Positions 61,599-64,000 of a DNA stretch of 64,000 nt are shown one piece after another. The stretch lies in contig JAIEAP010000001.1 in NCBI GenBank assembly GCA_029071325.1, positions 105,764 to 169,763 of the forward strand, given 5' to 3'. The position numbers and the translations under genes were made by a program. The notes under the pieces were generated by a model. It did not search any database and had not been told where the DNA came from. It was given only the letters and a program-made list of their open reading frames with translations. The first letter of the stretch is position 1; each line of letters begins with the position of its first letter. The DNA comes from Lachnospiraceae bacterium (lineage in GTDB: Bacteria > Bacillota > Clostridia > Lachnospirales > Lachnospiraceae).

Positions 61599-63608
61599 TT
61601 ATTTATTCGGGGCAGAGCGGATGTATCCGCATATAACATCTGCGCAGGTCTCAAGACCGGCGGAGCTGTCTACCAGAAGTTCATAATTCTGACGTTCTCC
61701 CCAGGTGTTTCCGGAGATATTTCTGTAATATGCAGCTCTTGCTTCGTCGGAACGATGGATGTTCTTCTCCGCAGTTTCCGGATCGTCTCCGTAGACCTCC
61801 ATAACACGCTGTATCTTAAATTCCTTTGGTGCATAGATAAAGATTCGGATCACATCGGGATAATCACGGAGAATAAAGTCTGCGGCTCTTCCGACGATCA
61901 CACAGCTTCCGTTGTCAGCGATCTTGCGTATGACTTTATCCTGTGCGATCACGGCCTGCTGCACTACGTTAGTGCTCAAATACAGATCATGCATCAGCGT
62001 AGGTGAATTGGCGTTAAGATCAGAAATAAATTCTTTGTCTAATCCGCTTTCCTGAGCGGCAAGCGCTGTCATTTCCTTATAATAGAATGGAATCCCCAGC
62101 TTCTCTGCAACAATCTTGCCAATCTGTTTGCCGGAAGAACCATGTTCTCTGGCAATTGTAATAATAACGCCTTTGTGGCTGGTCTTGATCACAGCGTTGC
62201 TTTCTTCGGCTGCCTTATCCGATACAGATTTGCCCGTCAGGGTTTTCATATAGGAAACCGTCAGAGCGGCAGCTACGATCATAGCAATCAAATCGGCAAT
62301 AGGCGCAGCGAACAGGATTCCTTCAATCCCATAGAAGCGAGGGAGTATAAGGATCAGCGGGATAAAGCAGATGATATCCCGGATCATGGAGGAGATCACT
62401 GCCTGGGCCGGCTTTCCTACCGCCTGGAAGAAAATGGAGGTCATTTTTATGGTGCAGGTGAAGGTGACCAGTGCGAGGAAGATACGGAAAGTTTTTTCCG
62501 CAAAAATCCAATAATCTTCGGGATTTGGGATGTTTGTAGGCTGTCCGAATATTCCCACAACTGCCTGAGGAGCCAGCTCGAACAGCAATGTGGAAGCCAA
62601 TCCGATGATGATGGTACACATAAGGATGGATTTGTATAACTGCCGGACCCTGTCATATTTCCTGGCGCCGATATTGTAGCCGATGATTGGCTGGCATCCA
62701 AGCACGATGCCCACTACCAGGTTGATGACAACAGTAAAAACTTTGCTTTCGATTCCGATAATGGCAATGGGGATGTCCACGCCATAGTGGGAAAGACTTC
62801 CGTATTTTGCCAGCATGATGTTGCAGACCAGTGAGATAATAACGATGGTCATCTGCGTAATAAATGAGGAAGTCCCCAGTTTTAATGCGCTGGAAAAGGC
62901 TTTAAAATCCGGCACAAAGCTTTTGAGCGTCAGCTTGAAGGTCTTCGTGTGGAAGAAATAGAGAAAGCTGATCACGAAGGAAACGCATTGTCCGATGATG
63001 GTTGCAAGGGCGGCGCCAGTCATTCCCCAGCGCATACCGAAAATAAATACAGGGTCCAGGATAATGTTGACGATGGCGCCCAACAGCATGGAAGCCATGG
63101 ATATTGCAGGACTTCCGTCTGCACGGATCACGGCGTTCATCATATTGGACAGCATATATACCGGGAAGAACGCTAAAATAATGTTGAAATATTCCACTGC
63201 CATGCCAATGCTGTTTTCCGATGCACCGAACAGCGTCAGAAGCTGTGTTTTCAGCGGGAAAAAGATTGCCATGAGCACAAGGCTTGCGAAAAGAGTTATG
63301 ACAATGCCGGTGCCGATAGCCTTGTGGGCAGATTGCGTATCCTTCCTGCCCTGACAGATGTTGAGGTAAGCGGCACATCCGTCACCGAAGCACCAGGCAA
63401 ATGCCTGGGCAATAATAAAAATTGGAAATACCACGCCGGTGGCTGCATTTCCAAGAGCGCTCAGTTCGCTGTTGCCAATGAAGATCTGGTCTACGATATT
63501 GTAGAGCGCGCTGACCAGAAGCGAGAGCACGCAGGGAATAGAAAACTTCAGCATCAGCTTGGAGATTTTCTCAGTCCCTAAGAATTGGGTGTTTTCTGAC
63601 TGATTCAT
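61599..63608 (-). CDS. MATE efflux transporter fused to a cytidylate-kinase-like domain
   Basis: LYNIVDQIFIG and NIILDPVFI; C-terminal ITIAREHGSSG, VGRAAD, D..RAAYY. Confidence 0.9.
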   Translation of the reverse strand: MNQSENTQFLGTEKISKLMLKFSIPCVLSLLVSALYNIVDQIFIGNSELSALGNAATGVVFPIFIIAQAFAWCFGDGCAAYLNICQGRKDTQSAHKAIGTGIVITLFASLVLMAIFFPLKTQLLTLFGASENSIGMAVEYFNIILAFFPVYMLSNMMNAVIRADGSPAISMASMLLGAIVNIILDPVFIFGMRWGMTGAALATIIGQCVSFVISFLYFFHTKTFKLTLKSFVPDFKAFSSALKLGTSSFITQMTIVIISLVCNIMLAKYGSLSHYGVDIPIAIIGIESKVFTVVINLVVGIVLGCQPIIGYNIGARKYDRVRQLYKSILMCTIIIGLASTLLFELAPQAVVGIFGQPTNIPNPEDYWIFAEKTFRIFLALVTFTCTIKMTSIFFQAVGKPAQAVISSMIRDIICFIPLILILPRFYGIEGILFAAPIADLIAMIVAAALTVSYMKTLTGKSVSDKAAEESNAVIKTSHKGVIITIAREHGSSGKQIGKIVAEKLGIPFYYKEMTALAAQESGLDKEFISDLNANSPTLMHDLYLSTNVVQQAVIAQDKVIRKIADNGSCVIVGRAADFILRDYPDVIRIFIYAPKEFKIQRVMEVYGDDPETAEKNIHRSDEARAAYYRNISGNTWGERQNYELLVDSSAGLETCADVICGYIRSAPNK

Positions 63609-63768
63609 GTTATAAATTCCTCCTGAAAAAAATATTTGGAGTCTTTATCAGAGAGAAAGCTGCCTGAAAACTACGAAGAACTCAAAAAAATAAGAGCGCA
63701 GAATCGTCGTGATTCTACGCTCTTTCAGCTGTTCGACTTGAGTATATTATCGCAAATTGCCTGATTTG

Positions 63769-63999
63769 TCAAGCAGTTTTAAACTGTGAAATGAAACGGT
63801 TGGTCCTCTTCATTAAGAAATACGCAATGATGGAAGTTGCGATTTCTGCCAGGAGAAAGGTGATCCATATGATCCACCCGGTTATCTGGAAGCGTAATGT
63901 GATCTGGGCAAATCCCCACGCAACCGGCAACACAAAGATAAGCTGTCTTCCGAAAGAGACTGTAAGGGATGCCAGGCCTTTGTTTAAAGCCTGAAATAC
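63769..63999 (-). CDS. C-terminus of a second MATE transporter (partial; not in the ORF track)
   Basis: Minus strand VFQALNKGLASLTVSFGRQLIFVLPVAW..WITFLLAEI..KTA*. Confidence 0.8.
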   Translation of the reverse strand, partial: VFQALNKGLASLTVSFGRQLIFVLPVAWGFAQITLRFQITGWIIWITFLLAEIATSIIAYFLMKRTNRFISQFKTA

Positions 64000-64000
64000 G

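Overview
About 64 kb of a spore-forming Firmicute chromosome, most consistent with Lachnospiraceae (inferred from gene content and protein style). Mostly core metabolism: a maltodextrin GH13 + ABC operon, carAB, a butyryl-CoA cluster (thl-hbd-bcd-etfB-etfA, with no crt), spoVA genes split into three separately promoted blocks, pflBA, guaB, hisA-glnA-ANTAR, dapL, typA, lysine riboswitch-dapA-dapB, asnA, lrgAB and two MATE genes, plus tRNA-Val(CAC). The least explained signal is non-coding. Family A is three 335-610 bp imperfect palindromes whose arms covary between copies while their bulges stay conserved. Family B is three ~180-195 bp elements with terminal inverted repeats and two internal hairpins. 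Accessory DNA includes a decayed region beside the tRNA and an AT-rich YhaO/YhaN(SbcE)-like cassette flanked by direct repeats, just behind an sbcD::serine-recombinase chimeric pseudogene. A single protein combines 7TM-kinase, two receivers, HD-GYP and Hpt, and faces a degenerate HD-GYP gene. No CRISPR array, rRNA or intact transposase was seen. All calls come from reading the sequence by eye; no searches were run.
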